Numbered from the stretch's first letter, positions 36,614-46,616 are shown. The stretch is 64,000 nucleotides of DNA from Oscillospiraceae bacterium (GCA_017524845.1 JAFXUU010000118.1:101-64100), one strand, 5' to 3'. A program made the numbers and translations. The notes: generated by a model from the sequence alone, not told the origin.

Positions 36614-38134
36614 ATGAACGCGAAGACCTATCTGGAACCGGAAACCCTGGTGCCCGTATACGACGAATGCGACGTGCTGGTGGTGGGCGGCGGCAGCGCC
36701 GGCCACAGCGCGGCGGTGGCCGCGGCCCGGGCGGGCTGCAAAAACGTGATCCTCATGGAGCGCTACGGCTACTGCGGGGGCGACGTCACCGGCGGCTACG
36801 TGCTGCTGATCCCCAGCCTCTCCTTCCATGAGAAGACCTACGTGCGGGGCATCCAGGAGGAATGGTACACCCGCCTGTCGAAGATCCCCGGGGCCGTCCG
36901 GGGGCCGGACGCCTCCCTGGCCGGCATCACCGATCCCGAGGAGGTGCGCAAGTGGGCCGACGTGGGCGGCGCCACCCACATCCCCCCCGCCCGGGTGGAG
37001 CACGGCTTCATGCTGGATCCCACCCAGCTGAAGATCGAGATGGACATCATGCTGGACGAGCTGAAGGATTCCATCCGGGTGCTGTACCACTCCTGGGGCG
37101 TGAAGCCCATCATGGAGGGCAATGTGTGCAAGGGCGTCCTCTTTGAGAGCAAGGAGGGGAGAAAGGCCATTCTGGCCAAGGTGGTGATCGACGCCACCGG
37201 CGACGCGGACCTCTGCCGCCTCTCCGGCGCGCCCACCTCCTCCGCCATCGACGACGACTGCCGCTGCTCCTCCACCGCCCTGGTCTACCGCATCGGCGGC
37301 TTCAGCAAAAACGCCTACAACGCCTGGAACTTCTCCCACCGGGAGGAGGCCCAGAAGCTCAGCGAGGCCCTCTACAAGCTCCACGGCTTCCGCACCGGCA
37401 TGATCACCGGCCCCACGGACGACGTGAGCTGGGTCAACAACTGGCAGCCCAAGCGGGACTGCTCCAAGATCGCCGATCAGACCGCCACGGAGATGGGCAC
37501 CCGCCTGGTGCTGCGCCAGGTGCTGGAGGCCTACAAGACCTACGCCCCCGAGATCTTCAAGGACGCCTTCCTCTACGACGTGGCCCCCCAGCTGGGCACC
37601 CGGGGCTCCCACCGCATCGTGGGGGAATACGTCATCTCCTCCAACGACTGGGCTTTCCCCGTGGAGCATGAGGACTGCATCGCCTGGCACTGCACGGTGG
37701 ACACCCTCAACGACAACGCCCCCATCGAGATCCCCTACCGCTCCATCCTGCCCCAGAAGGTGGAGAACCTCCTGGCCCCCGGCCGCCACATCTCGGCGGA
37801 CCGCATCGCCATCGACAACGTGAACCTCATCCCCCAGTGCGTGGGCACCGGGCAGGCCGCGGGCGTGGCGGCGGCCGTCGCCGTGGCCGACGGGAGCAGC
37901 ACCCACACCGTGAACGTGGCCAAGGTGCAGGACATCCTGGCCGGGGAGCAGGACGTGCCCCTGCCCCGCAACGCCCATACCGACAAGAGCTACACCGAGT
38001 GCCTGGTGGAGCACGAATACGGGCTCTATACCCCCGCGGCCAAGGCCGCCCGCGCCTCCGGCGACGCGGCGGGCTCCTACCGCCACTGGACCCTCAGCAA
38101 GGGCGCGGGAGACCCCTCCAAGTCGGGGAAGTAA
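36614..38134 (+). CDS. FAD-dependent oxidoreductase (FAD_oxidored-type)
   Basis: CDVLVVGGGSAGHSAAVAAARAGCKNVILMERYGYCGG dinucleotide fold. GGAGGGAAAC RBS. Confidence 0.8.
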   Translation: MNAKTYLEPETLVPVYDECDVLVVGGGSAGHSAAVAAARAGCKNVILMERYGYCGGDVTGGYVLLIPSLSFHEKTYVRGIQEEWYTRLSKIPGAVRGPDASLAGITDPEEVRKWADVGGATHIPPARVEHGFMLDPTQLKIEMDIMLDELKDSIRVLYHSWGVKPIMEGNVCKGVLFESKEGRKAILAKVVIDATGDADLCRLSGAPTSSAIDDDCRCSSTALVYRIGGFSKNAYNAWNFSHREEAQKLSEALYKLHGFRTGMITGPTDDVSWVNNWQPKRDCSKIADQTATEMGTRLVLRQVLEAYKTYAPEIFKDAFLYDVAPQLGTRGSHRIVGEYVISSNDWAFPVEHEDCIAWHCTVDTLNDNAPIEIPYRSILPQKVENLLAPGRHISADRIAIDNVNLIPQCVGTGQAAGVAAAVAVADGSSTHTVNVAKVQDILAGEQDVPLPRNAHTDKSYTECLVEHEYGLYTPAAKAARASGDAAGSYRHWTLSKGAGDPSKSGK

Positions 38135-38236
38135 AAGCAGACGAACGGCGCCGGGAGCTTTTCCCGGCGCCGTAGACCGTTATGAAGGAATATGAGCGCC
38201 GTCCTTCCGGGCGAAGGACGGCGGAACGGAGGAAGC

Positions 38237-38863
38237 ATGAAGATCCATTCGGTTTTCGACCCTGAGTTCAGGCCCTACGGCAAGGTGCTTGCGGGCTACG
38301 ATACGGCGGAGCTCCTCTCCGCCATGGCCGCCGTTCCTCTCCCCGCGGCGGGCACCGCCTACGAGCCGGCCATCCCGGCCCTGGAGGCCTGCGCCGTCTT
38401 CGCGGAGCTGGGGGAGCGGGCCTACGGGGGCATGCCGGTGCAGTTGGGCATGTGCTGGGGGCGCAACACCCGCCTCAACTGCCTGGAGTACCACCGGGAC
38501 AGCGAGATCAATATCGGCGCGGAGGATTTCATCCTCCTGCTGGCCCGGCAGGAGGAGATCGAGGACGGGGCGCTGGACACGGCGAAGGTGCGGGCCTTCC
38601 GGGCCCCTGCCGGGGCGGCGGTGGAGGTCTACGCCACCACCCTGCACTACGCCCCCTGCCATACGGACCCTTCCCGGGGCTTCCGGGTGGCGGTGGTCCT
38701 CCCCCGGGGCACCAACACGGAAAAGCCCGCCATCCGGGAAAAGGATCCCGAGGACCGGCTCCTGCGGGCCCGGAACAAGTGGCTCCTGGCCCACCCCGAG
38801 GCCTCGGAGGCGGCCGACGGGGCCTACGTCGGCCTTCGGGGAACTAACATCGACATCGGCTGA
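38237..38863 (+). CDS. DUF4867-like protein (ureidoglycolate-lyase-like fold), function unknown
   Basis: MKIHSVFDPEFRPYGKVL...CLEYHRDSEINIG...LHYAPC...VVLPRGTNTEKP matches my recollection of that family. GGAGGAAG RBS before ATG 38237. Confidence 0.65.
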   Translation: MKIHSVFDPEFRPYGKVLAGYDTAELLSAMAAVPLPAAGTAYEPAIPALEACAVFAELGERAYGGMPVQLGMCWGRNTRLNCLEYHRDSEINIGAEDFILLLARQEEIEDGALDTAKVRAFRAPAGAAVEVYATTLHYAPCHTDPSRGFRVAVVLPRGTNTEKPAIREKDPEDRLLRARNKWLLAHPEASEAADGAYVGLRGTNIDIG

Positions 38864-38987
38864 GAAAGACGGTTTCCGGGTTTTTCATAAAAATTTTCCC
38901 GAATTCTGAGTGTTGTCCGGTTTATCGGACAGCCTTCCCGCTAGGATGGAGACATCAAGACAAGCAAGGCTTGGGGAGGTGCTCGGA

Positions 38988-39074
38988 ATGAAGAAAAAGT
39001 GGTATGCCGCGGGGCTGGGCTTCGTGCTCTTCCTCTGCGTGTCCGCAGAATCCATCGTGAACCTGCTTTTCTGA
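38988..39074 (+). CDS. possible small hydrophobic peptide (28 aa)
   Basis: GGGGAGG RBS 7 nt before the ATG. Sequence MKKKWYAAGLGFVLFLCVSAESIVNLLF, followed by a GC hairpin. Below the track size cutoff and unverified. Confidence 0.3.
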   Translation: MKKKWYAAGLGFVLFLCVSAESIVNLLF

Positions 39075-39082
39075 TCCCCGTT

Positions 39083-39240
39083 CCGGGGCCGGGACCATTC
39101 GGTCCCGGCCCCGGACAGACTGTCAAAAGCTCAAAAAACAGAGTTTCGACAAGCCTGGGGGGATTGTGCGGGGGGACGGGAATCCCCCCGCACGTTCAAT
39201 CCGTGCAAATCGGAAAACACTTTCTGATTTTTCCGCCGCC
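39083..39240 (-). repeat. inverted copy of the dispersed intergenic element that flanks galE
   Basis: Hairpin 39083-39114 and acagactgtcaaaag. The reverse complement of 39146-39240 aligns with 56027-56120 (aaaatcagaaa..ttctgatttt, gtgc(a/g)gggggattcccgtcccccc(t/g)cac). Confidence 0.7.
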
Positions 39241-39298
39241 TTGCCGAAATGGGGTAGGAACGGCCCGGAAAAAACAGGTATTTCGTGCAAGTTTGCGG

Positions 39299-39327
39299 TT
39301 TACAGCTTGCATCGGGCATGATATCAT
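39299..39327 (+). promoter_or_regulatory. promoter candidate for nifJ
   Basis: TTTACA, 17 nt, TATCAT. Confidence 0.4.
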
Positions 39328-39391
39328 TATGGCTATCTATCGAATAAAATCGCCATCAATGCTCCGGGCAAATAATTAAGGAGGTCCCTCT

Positions 39392-42300
39392 ATGGCACGC
39401 AAGCTGAAAACCATGGACGGCAACACCGCCGCTGCACACGTGGCCTACGCATTCACCGAGCTCGCCGCGATCTATCCCATCACCCCCTCCTCCGTTATGG
39501 CCGAGCTGGCGGACGATTGGTCCGCCCACGGCCGGAAAAACATCTTCGGCCAGCAGGTCAAGCTGGTGGAGATGCAGTCCGAAGCCGGCGCGGCCGGCGC
39601 GGTCCACGGCTCCCTGCTCTCCGGCGCCCTGACCACCACCTTCACCGCATCTCAGGGCCTGCTCCTCATGATCCCCAATATGTACAAGATCGCCGGCGAG
39701 CTCCTTCCCTGTGTCATCCACGTTTCCGCCCGCACCGTGGCGTCCCACGCCCTCAATATCTTCGGCGACCACAGCGACGTGATGGCCTGCCGCGGCACCG
39801 GCTTCGCCATGCTGGCCTCCGCCAATCCCCAGGAGGTCATGGACCTCTCCGCCGTGGCCCATCTCAGCGCCATCAAGGGCAGCCTGCCCTTCATCAGCTT
39901 CTTCGACGGCTTCCGCACCTCCCACGAGATCGCCAAGATCGAGACCTGGGATTACGACGAGCTGAGGGAAATGCTGGATATGGACGCGGTCCGCGCCTTC
40001 AAGGACAGGGCCAACCTGCCCTCGCACCCCGTCCTCCACGGCTCCGCCCAGAACCCCGATATCTTCTTCCAGAACCGCGAAGCCTCCAACACCTGGTTCG
40101 ACAATCTGCCGGACATCGTGCAGGGCTATATGGACGAGATCAACCGCCGCAACGGCTCCCACTACAAGCTCTTCAGCTACTTCGGCGCGCCGGACGCGGA
40201 ATACGTCATCGTGGCCATGGGCAGCGTGTGCAACACCGCCCAGGAGATCATGGAATACCTCAACGCCCGGGGCGAGAAGGTGGGCTGCATCAACGTGCAC
40301 CTCTACCGGCCCTTCAGCGCGAAGCACCTGATCTCCGTTCTGCCCGACACCGTGAAGAAGATCGCCGTGCTGGACCGCACCAAGGAATCCGGCGCCCTGG
40401 GCGAGCCCCTGTATCTGGACGTGGTGGCGGCGCTCCGGGGCTCGAAGTTCGACGCCGTCCCCGTCTACGGCGGGCGCTACGGCCTGGGCAGCAAGGACAC
40501 CACCCCCGGCAGCGTCATTTCCGTCGTCCGCAATCTGCAGCGGGACGAGCCCGTGAACGGCTTCACCATCGGCATCGTGGACGACGTGACCCACAAGAGC
40601 CTGCCCATCGAGGAGGAGCCGGACACCACGCCGAAGGACATCAAGTCCCTGAAGTTCTGGGGGCTGGGCTCCGACGGCACCGTGGGCGCCAACAAGAACA
40701 GCATCAAGATCATCGGCGACCATACGGACATGACCGTGCAGGCCTATTTCCAGTATGACTCCAAGAAGTCCGGCGGCGTCACCATCTCCCATCTGCGCTT
40801 CGGCAAGAGCCGCATCAAGTCCAGCTACTACGTCACCAAGGCCGACTTCGTAGCCTGCCACGCCCCCTCCTATATGGAGAAGTACGACGTGGTGCAGGAC
40901 GTGAAGCCCGGCGGCGTGTTCCTGCTCAACTGGCCCTGGGGAAAGGAGACCCTGGACGAGCGCCTGCCCCGGGCCGCCAAGAAATATATCGCCGACAACG
41001 GCATCCGCTTCTATATCGTGGACGCCGTCCACAAGGCCCAGGAGCTGGGCCTGGGCGGCCGGACCAACACCATCCTCCAATCCGCTTTCTTCAAGCTCAG
41101 CGAGATCCTGCCCATCGAGGACGCCGTGAAGTATATGAAGCAGGCCATCGTGGATTCCTACGGGCGCAAGGGCGAGAAGGTCGTCAACATGAACTACGCC
41201 GCCGTGGACGCGGGCCTGGATTCCTATGAGGAAGTGACCGTGCCCGAGAGCTGGCATGATCCCGCTCCCGACGAGCCTCCCGTGCGCCTTCCCTGCGACC
41301 GGCCCGAGCTGCTGGATTTCCTGCGGCGCGTCATGAAGGACACCGACCTCCTCCGGGGCGACAGCATCCCCGTCTCCGCCTTCGTGAAGAATGCCGACGG
41401 CTCCATGTCCCTGGGCACCGCGGCCTATGAGCGCCGCCACAGCGCCGTGGATATCCCCAGGTGGGTCCCCGAAAACTGCATCCAGTGCAACCGCTGCTCT
41501 CTCGTCTGCCCCCATGCCGCCATCCGCCCCTTCGTCTACGACGCGGAGGAGCTCAGCAAGGCCCCGGAGGGCACCGTCACCGTGAAGATGACGGGCAAGG
41601 GCTGCGAGGGCTACGCCTTCGGCATCCAGGTGGACCCGGCGGACTGCCTGGGCTGCGGCAGCTGCGTGAACGTCTGCCCGGCCAAGGAAAAGGCCCTGGT
41701 CATGGCCCCGGCGGATCAGCAGCCGAAGCAGCAGGCCGCCTACGACTACGCCTACCGCCACGTCTCCGCCAAGGAGACCCCCTTCGATCCCAGGAGCGTG
41801 AAGGGCAGCCAGTTCGTGAAGCCCCTCTTCGAGTATTCCGGCGCCTGCGCCGGCTGCGGCGAGACCCCCTACGCCAAGCTCATCACCCAGCTCTTCGGCG
41901 AGCGGATGCTCCTGGCCAACGCCACGGGCTGCTCCTCCATCTGGGGCGGCAGCTCGCCCATCGCCCCCTACACCGTCAGCAAGGCCGGCCGCGGCCCCGC
42001 CTGGTCCAATTCCCTCTTTGAGGACAACGCGGAGTTCGGCTTCGGCATGCTGAACGCCATGAAGCAGCGCCGCGCCCTCATGGCCGGGAAGGTCACCGCC
42101 CTGCTGGACGAGCCCGCCCTGGCCGACGCCGCCCGGGGCTGGCTGGACGCCATGAACGACAGCGCCAAGGCCCAGGCCGCGGGGGACGCCCTGGCGGAAG
42201 CCTGCAAGGGCAGCAGCCGGGAGGAAGCCAGATTCGTCCTGGAGAACACCGATCTCCTGCCCAAGCCCAGCTTCTGGTGCTTCGGCGGCGACGGCTGGGC

Positions 42301-42931
42301 CTACGACATCGGCTACGGCGGCCTGGACCACGTCCTGGCCTCCGGGGAGAACATCAACGTCTTCGTCTTCGATACCGAGGTCTATTCCAACACCGGCGGT
42401 CAGGCCTCCAAGGCCACGCCCATCGGCGCGGTGGCCCAGTTCGCCGCCGCGGGCAAGTCCGTGAAGAAGAAGGACCTGGCCCAGATCGCCATTTCCTACG
42501 GCTATATCTACGTGGCCCAGGTGGCCATGGGCGCTGACTACAACCAGTGCATCAAGGCCCTGGCGGAGGCCGAGAGCTTCGACGGGCCCTCCCTGGTCAT
42601 CGGCTACGCGCCCTGCATCAACCACGGCGCCCGGGCCGGCATGGGCAAGAGCATGAGCATCATGAAGGCCGCCGTGGACGCGGGCTACTGGAACCTCTTC
42701 CGCTACGATCCCCGGCTGGAGGCCCAGGGCAAGAACCCCCTGAGCATCGACTCCGGGGCTCCCTCCGGCAAGTATGAGGACTTCCTCATGAGCGAGGTGC
42801 GCTATTCCTCCCTGGCCCTGTCCTTCCCCGAGCGGGCGAAGGTGCTCTTCAAGGAGGCCGCCGAGAACGCCGAGGTAAAGTATAAGAAGCTGCTGCTCCA
42901 GAAGCAGATGTACGATCTGGAAAGCAAGTAA
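39392..42931 (+). CDS. nifJ: pyruvate:ferredoxin (flavodoxin) oxidoreductase, single-polypeptide form
   Basis: 1179 aa. MDGNTAAAHVAYAFTELAAIYPITPSS. Two ferredoxin CxxCxxCxxxCP motifs (CIQCNRCSLVCP, CLGCGSCVNVCP). TPP region GGDGWAYDIGYGGLDHV. AAGGAGG RBS. Confidence 0.97.
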   Translation: MARKLKTMDGNTAAAHVAYAFTELAAIYPITPSSVMAELADDWSAHGRKNIFGQQVKLVEMQSEAGAAGAVHGSLLSGALTTTFTASQGLLLMIPNMYKIAGELLPCVIHVSARTVASHALNIFGDHSDVMACRGTGFAMLASANPQEVMDLSAVAHLSAIKGSLPFISFFDGFRTSHEIAKIETWDYDELREMLDMDAVRAFKDRANLPSHPVLHGSAQNPDIFFQNREASNTWFDNLPDIVQGYMDEINRRNGSHYKLFSYFGAPDAEYVIVAMGSVCNTAQEIMEYLNARGEKVGCINVHLYRPFSAKHLISVLPDTVKKIAVLDRTKESGALGEPLYLDVVAALRGSKFDAVPVYGGRYGLGSKDTTPGSVISVVRNLQRDEPVNGFTIGIVDDVTHKSLPIEEEPDTTPKDIKSLKFWGLGSDGTVGANKNSIKIIGDHTDMTVQAYFQYDSKKSGGVTISHLRFGKSRIKSSYYVTKADFVACHAPSYMEKYDVVQDVKPGGVFLLNWPWGKETLDERLPRAAKKYIADNGIRFYIVDAVHKAQELGLGGRTNTILQSAFFKLSEILPIEDAVKYMKQAIVDSYGRKGEKVVNMNYAAVDAGLDSYEEVTVPESWHDPAPDEPPVRLPCDRPELLDFLRRVMKDTDLLRGDSIPVSAFVKNADGSMSLGTAAYERRHSAVDIPRWVPENCIQCNRCSLVCPHAAIRPFVYDAEELSKAPEGTVTVKMTGKGCEGYAFGIQVDPADCLGCGSCVNVCPAKEKALVMAPADQQPKQQAAYDYAYRHVSAKETPFDPRSVKGSQFVKPLFEYSGACAGCGETPYAKLITQLFGERMLLANATGCSSIWGGSSPIAPYTVSKAGRGPAWSNSLFEDNAEFGFGMLNAMKQRRALMAGKVTALLDEPALADAARGWLDAMNDSAKAQAAGDALAEACKGSSREEARFVLENTDLLPKPSFWCFGGDGWAYDIGYGGLDHVLASGENINVFVFDTEVYSNTGGQASKATPIGAVAQFAAAGKSVKKKDLAQIAISYGYIYVAQVAMGADYNQCIKALAEAESFDGPSLVIGYAPCINHGARAGMGKSMSIMKAAVDAGYWNLFRYDPRLEAQGKNPLSIDSGAPSGKYEDFLMSEVRYSSLALSFPERAKVLFKEAAENAEVKYKKLLLQKQMYDLESK

Positions 42932-42938
42932 AAACGGA

Positions 42939-42970
42939 CCGGGGACGGCGGCAGTCGTCCCCGGGTTTTC
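42939..42970 (+). terminator. rho-independent terminator of nifJ
   Basis: CCGGGGACG-GCGGCAGT-CGTCCCCGG followed by GTTTTC. Confidence 0.75.
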
Positions 42971-43049
42971 ATGCCTCCGAATCGGACAGAGCGGCGGGCA
43001 TGGCAGAGCCAAACCTTGAATACACGTCCTTTCGGAAAGGAGCATCAGC

Positions 43050-43565
43050 ATGGCATTGGAAAAAAAGAGCTTCGTGTTTGAGACGCTGCCCGGGAGCCTG
43101 GAGGAGCTGAAGGCTCGGCCGGAGGCGGCGCTGAAGGACCCCTTCGCCGTGGCGGCCCTCTTTGCCGCCGTCCTCTGCGTGTATCCCGGAGACCGGGACG
43201 CGGCCCTGGAGATGATCGATTTCCTGCGGGGCCCCCGGCCCCAGTCCCCCATGGACAAACAGTTCATCCGCGACCGGTTCTCGGACGGGAAGGACTACCT
43301 GGGCCGCTCCTACTTCGCCGGGGCCCTGCCCTCCAACGACTATACCCCCGCGGAGCCCTGGACCGTGACGGTGGAGGAGCAGGCCCACAGCCGGGACCAG
43401 TTTTCCGAGGGCTACCTGCGCCTCGCCCTGGTCTCCGGCGGCGCGGACAGCCCCCGCCCCATCACCCTGCGCACCAAGCCCAGCACCGGGGAGTGGTTCC
43501 TCTGGGAGTATTCCGGCCTCCTGGCCGGGATCCGGGTCCCCGCGTCCCGGGACGACTGGGCCTGA
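43050..43565 (+). CDS. hypothetical cytoplasmic protein
   Basis: AAAGGAG RBS and a coding-like composition. No motif that I can assign. Confidence 0.6.
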   Translation: MALEKKSFVFETLPGSLEELKARPEAALKDPFAVAALFAAVLCVYPGDRDAALEMIDFLRGPRPQSPMDKQFIRDRFSDGKDYLGRSYFAGALPSNDYTPAEPWTVTVEEQAHSRDQFSEGYLRLALVSGGADSPRPITLRTKPSTGEWFLWEYSGLLAGIRVPASRDDWA

Positions 43566-43569
43566 GACC

Positions 43570-44346
43570 TTGTCGGAGGAAAAACGTCTGGCCGCCCTGC
43601 GCGCCTTCCTGCCGGAGGGCCGGGGCGGCCTTCTCCGCTGGCCGGAGGAGCTGGCTTCCACCAACGCCGCCCTGAAAAAGCTGGCGGCGGCGGGAGCCCC
43701 GGCGGGCTCCGCCGTGCTGGCGGAAAGGCAGACGGCGGGGCGGGGCAGGCTGGGGCGGCGCTTCGAGTCGCCCCCCGGCGGCCTCTATCTCAGCTTTCTC
43801 CTGCGGCCGGAGGAGGCCCCGGAGGCGCTGGGAACCGTGACGGCCCGGGCGGCGGTGGCCGTCCGCCGGGCCGTGGGCCGCTGCTGCGGCCTTTGGCCGG
43901 AGATCAAGTGGGTGAACGACCTTCAATGGCAGGGGCGGAAGCTCTGCGGCATCCTCTGCGAGGCCGTGCTCCTGGGCGGCCGGGCGGAAAGCCTGGTGAT
44001 CGGCGTCGGCGTCAACGTCCGTACCCCGCCGGAGGCCTTCCCCCCGGCGCTGCGGGCGAAGGCCGCCTCCCTGGGGGACTTCTGCCGTCCCCCGGAGAAA
44101 ACGAAGCTGGCGGCGGAGCTGCTCCTGGCCCTGGACGGGCTGGCCCGGCAGCAGCCGGCGGAGCGGGCGGCGTATTGGGAGGAATACCGCGCCTGCTGCG
44201 TCACCCTGGGGAAGACCGTCACCCTCCCCGACGGGAGGGAGGCCCTGGCCGAGGGGCTGGGAGAGGATTTCGCCCTCCTGCTGCGCCTGCCGGACGGCAG
44301 CCGCCTCCGGCTGCAGAGCGGGGAAGCGACGCTGCACGGGGAATGA
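43570..44346 (+). CDS. birA: biotin--[acetyl-CoA-carboxylase] ligase (class I, no N-terminal HTH)
   Basis: QTAGRGRLGRRFESPPGGLYLS, KWVNDL and GRKLCGILCE. TTG start 4 nt after the preceding stop. Confidence 0.85.
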   Translation: MSEEKRLAALRAFLPEGRGGLLRWPEELASTNAALKKLAAAGAPAGSAVLAERQTAGRGRLGRRFESPPGGLYLSFLLRPEEAPEALGTVTARAAVAVRRAVGRCCGLWPEIKWVNDLQWQGRKLCGILCEAVLLGGRAESLVIGVGVNVRTPPEAFPPALRAKAASLGDFCRPPEKTKLAAELLLALDGLARQQPAERAAYWEEYRACCVTLGKTVTLPDGREALAEGLGEDFALLLRLPDGSRLRLQSGEATLHGE

Positions 44347-44348
44347 AC

Positions 44349-44376
44349 GCGGGCCGCTGCGAGATGCAGCGGCCCG
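44349..44376. terminator. bidirectional terminator hairpin between convergent genes
   Basis: GCGGGCCGCTGC-GAGAT-GCAGCGGCCCG. Confidence 0.6.
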
Positions 44377-44391
44377 TACGGTTTCTCGGTT

Positions 44392-45300
44392 TCAGCCCCA
44401 GAGGGTCGGGGGATAGACGCCCGTTTCGTGGAGGTGGGCGATCTCCGCCTGCACCAGGGGATGGTCCTCCTTATAGGTCATGCCGAACCAGCGGGCGTCG
44501 GTTCGCAGCACGTCCACGATGAGCTGCCCCGCCCGGATGCGCTCGTCCACCAGGGCGGGCAGCAGGCACTCGCTCTTCATATCGTCCGGCTTGAGGCCCT
44601 TCAGGAAGCGGGTGAGATAGTCCTCCAGCGTCCCGAAGACGGAGGGGTGGAAGCCCCAGAAATTCATGCTCACGGGGCTTTCGGGATCCAGCAGCCGCCC
44701 GGCGGGATCGTCGGCAGTGTCCCGGATGCTCCCGTCGGGGAAGACGGCGATCTTGTAGGTTTCCGTCACGCTCCGGAGCGTGCCCGCCTCCACGGCGCAG
44801 ACGCCCCGGGTCACGGTGCCGTTTTCGCTGACGGTGTTGCGCAGCTTGTAGCCCACCATGCAGGCCCGGCGCTCGTCCAGCCCGGCCAGGGCGCCGAAGA
44901 TGGCGGAAAAGGCCTCCGTCCCGTAATAATCGTCGGCGTTGATGACGGCGAAGGGCTCCTGCACGGCCCCGGCGGCGCAGAGCACCGCGTGGGCGGTGCC
45001 GTAGGGCTTCACGCGGCCCTCGGGCACCTTATGGAAGGCGGGCAGGGAGGAATAGTCCTGCACGGCGCAGACCGCCTCCACCCCCCGGCGGGCCAGGGCG
45101 TCCCCGAATTTCTCTTTGATCCCCTCCGCCAGGGCGGCGGTGACGATGAACACCACCTTGTCGAAGCCGGCGCGGAGCGCGTCGAAGATCGCGTATTCCA
45201 TCAGGATCTCGCCGTGGGGGCCCACCCCGGCGATCTGCTTGACGCCGCCGTAACGGGAACCCATCCCGGCGGCCATGATGACCAGACTGGCCTTGGACAT
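44392..45300 (-). CDS. sugar-phosphate nucleotidyltransferase-family protein
   Basis: MSKASLVIMAAGMGSRYGGVKQIAGVGP...KPYGTAHAV...INADDYYG. GGAGG RBS before ATG 45300. The track extension to 45396 covers the prs promoter. Confidence 0.8.
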   Translation of the reverse strand: MSKASLVIMAAGMGSRYGGVKQIAGVGPHGEILMEYAIFDALRAGFDKVVFIVTAALAEGIKEKFGDALARRGVEAVCAVQDYSSLPAFHKVPEGRVKPYGTAHAVLCAAGAVQEPFAVINADDYYGTEAFSAIFGALAGLDERRACMVGYKLRNTVSENGTVTRGVCAVEAGTLRSVTETYKIAVFPDGSIRDTADDPAGRLLDPESPVSMNFWGFHPSVFGTLEDYLTRFLKGLKPDDMKSECLLPALVDERIRAGQLIVDVLRTDARWFGMTYKEDHPLVQAEIAHLHETGVYPPTLWG

Positions 45301-45389
45301 AGCATATGCCTCCATCGATCGTTTTCCCCAGCATCCTACCATATCCGACCGGGCTCCGCAAGGAAAATCGGCAAAAACCGCCCCCGTTC

Positions 45390-45419
45390 TTGACAAGCTG
45401 TGCCAAAGACCGCTATAAT
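45390..45419 (+). promoter_or_regulatory. consensus promoter for prs
   Basis: TTGACA, 18 nt, TATAAT. Confidence 0.6.
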
Positions 45420-45460
45420 GCGTATGCCTGAAATTTGCGCTTGTGGAGGTAAGGTAGAAA

Positions 45461-46600
45461 ATGGAAGCTGAACAGCTGTTTCACACCGGTAATTACTTCG
45501 ATAAGCTCGGCCTCATCCCGCTGCCCGGCTCTGAGGAGCTGACCGCGAAGATCGACCGCTGGCTGGTCAACTGGGCCGCCATGGGCCCGGAGGCGAGGGA
45601 CACCTTCGTGATCCCCGCCGAATGCCCGCGGTTTCAGTCCGGGGACGGCAAGGCCCTGATCCACGACAGCGTCCGCGGCATGGACATCTACATCATCGCC
45701 GACGTCTACAATTACAGCTGCACCTACACCCTCTTCGGTTACGAGAACCACATGAGCCCGGACGACCATTTTGCCAACCTGACCCGCATCATTCAGGCCA
45801 TGGGCGGCAAGGCCCACAGCATCACCGTCATCATGCCCCAGCTCTACGGCGGGCGGCAGCACCGCCGCAGCGGCCGGGAGAGCCTGGACTGCGCCTGCGC
45901 CCTGCAGGAGCTGCAGGCCATGGGGGTGGACAACATCGTCACCTTCGACGCCCACGACGACCGGGTGCAGAACGCGGTGCCCCTCATGGGCTTCGACAAC
46001 CTGATGCCCCACTACCAGGTGCTGAAGGCCCTTTTCCGCAAATACCCGGACATCAATCCCAGCAAGGACGGCTTCATGGTGGTGAGCCCGGACGAGGGGG
46101 CCATGAACCGCAACATGTACTATTCCTCCGTGCTGGGGGTCAACCTGGGCATGTTCTACAAGCGCCGGGACTATTCCCGGGTGGTGAACGGCCGCAACCC
46201 CATCGTGGCCCACGAGTACCTGGGCGAGAGTGTGGAGGGGAAGACCGTGCTGGTGGCGGACGACATCATCGCCTCCGGCGAGAGCATGCTGGACATCGCC
46301 CGTTATATGGCGGATCACGGGGCGGAGCGCTTCTTCGCCACCGCCACCTACGCCCTCTTCACCTCCGGCTTCGCCTCCTTCGACAAGGCCTACGAGGAGG
46401 GGAAGATCACCGGCGTTCTGGGCACAAACCTGACCTACGTCAGCCCCGAGCTGCGGCAGAAGCCCTGGTTCGTGGAGGTGGACTGCTCCAAGTATATCGC
46501 CTATATCGTGGCCTCCATCAATCACGACGTGTCCGTGTCCATCCTGCTGGATCCCCACGACCGCATCATGAAGCTGCTGGAGCGCTACGGGAAGAACTGA
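45461..46600 (+). CDS. prs: ribose-phosphate diphosphokinase (long-form PRPP synthetase)
   Basis: DIYIIADV...ITVIMPQLYGGRQHRR...TFDAHD...VLVADDIIASGESMLD (PRPP-binding loop). Confidence 0.78.
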   Translation: MEAEQLFHTGNYFDKLGLIPLPGSEELTAKIDRWLVNWAAMGPEARDTFVIPAECPRFQSGDGKALIHDSVRGMDIYIIADVYNYSCTYTLFGYENHMSPDDHFANLTRIIQAMGGKAHSITVIMPQLYGGRQHRRSGRESLDCACALQELQAMGVDNIVTFDAHDDRVQNAVPLMGFDNLMPHYQVLKALFRKYPDINPSKDGFMVVSPDEGAMNRNMYYSSVLGVNLGMFYKRRDYSRVVNGRNPIVAHEYLGESVEGKTVLVADDIIASGESMLDIARYMADHGAERFFATATYALFTSGFASFDKAYEEGKITGVLGTNLTYVSPELRQKPWFVEVDCSKYIAYIVASINHDVSVSILLDPHDRIMKLLERYGKN

Positions 46601-46616
46601 GCCTTCGGCCAACGCC

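Noticed and set aside
39356-43267. 1303-aa minus-strand ORF opposite nifJ.
   Set aside because: The plus strand encodes an unmistakable PFOR with ferredoxin and TPP motifs. The antisense product is low-complexity Gly/Ala/Leu/Val/Arg-rich sequence.
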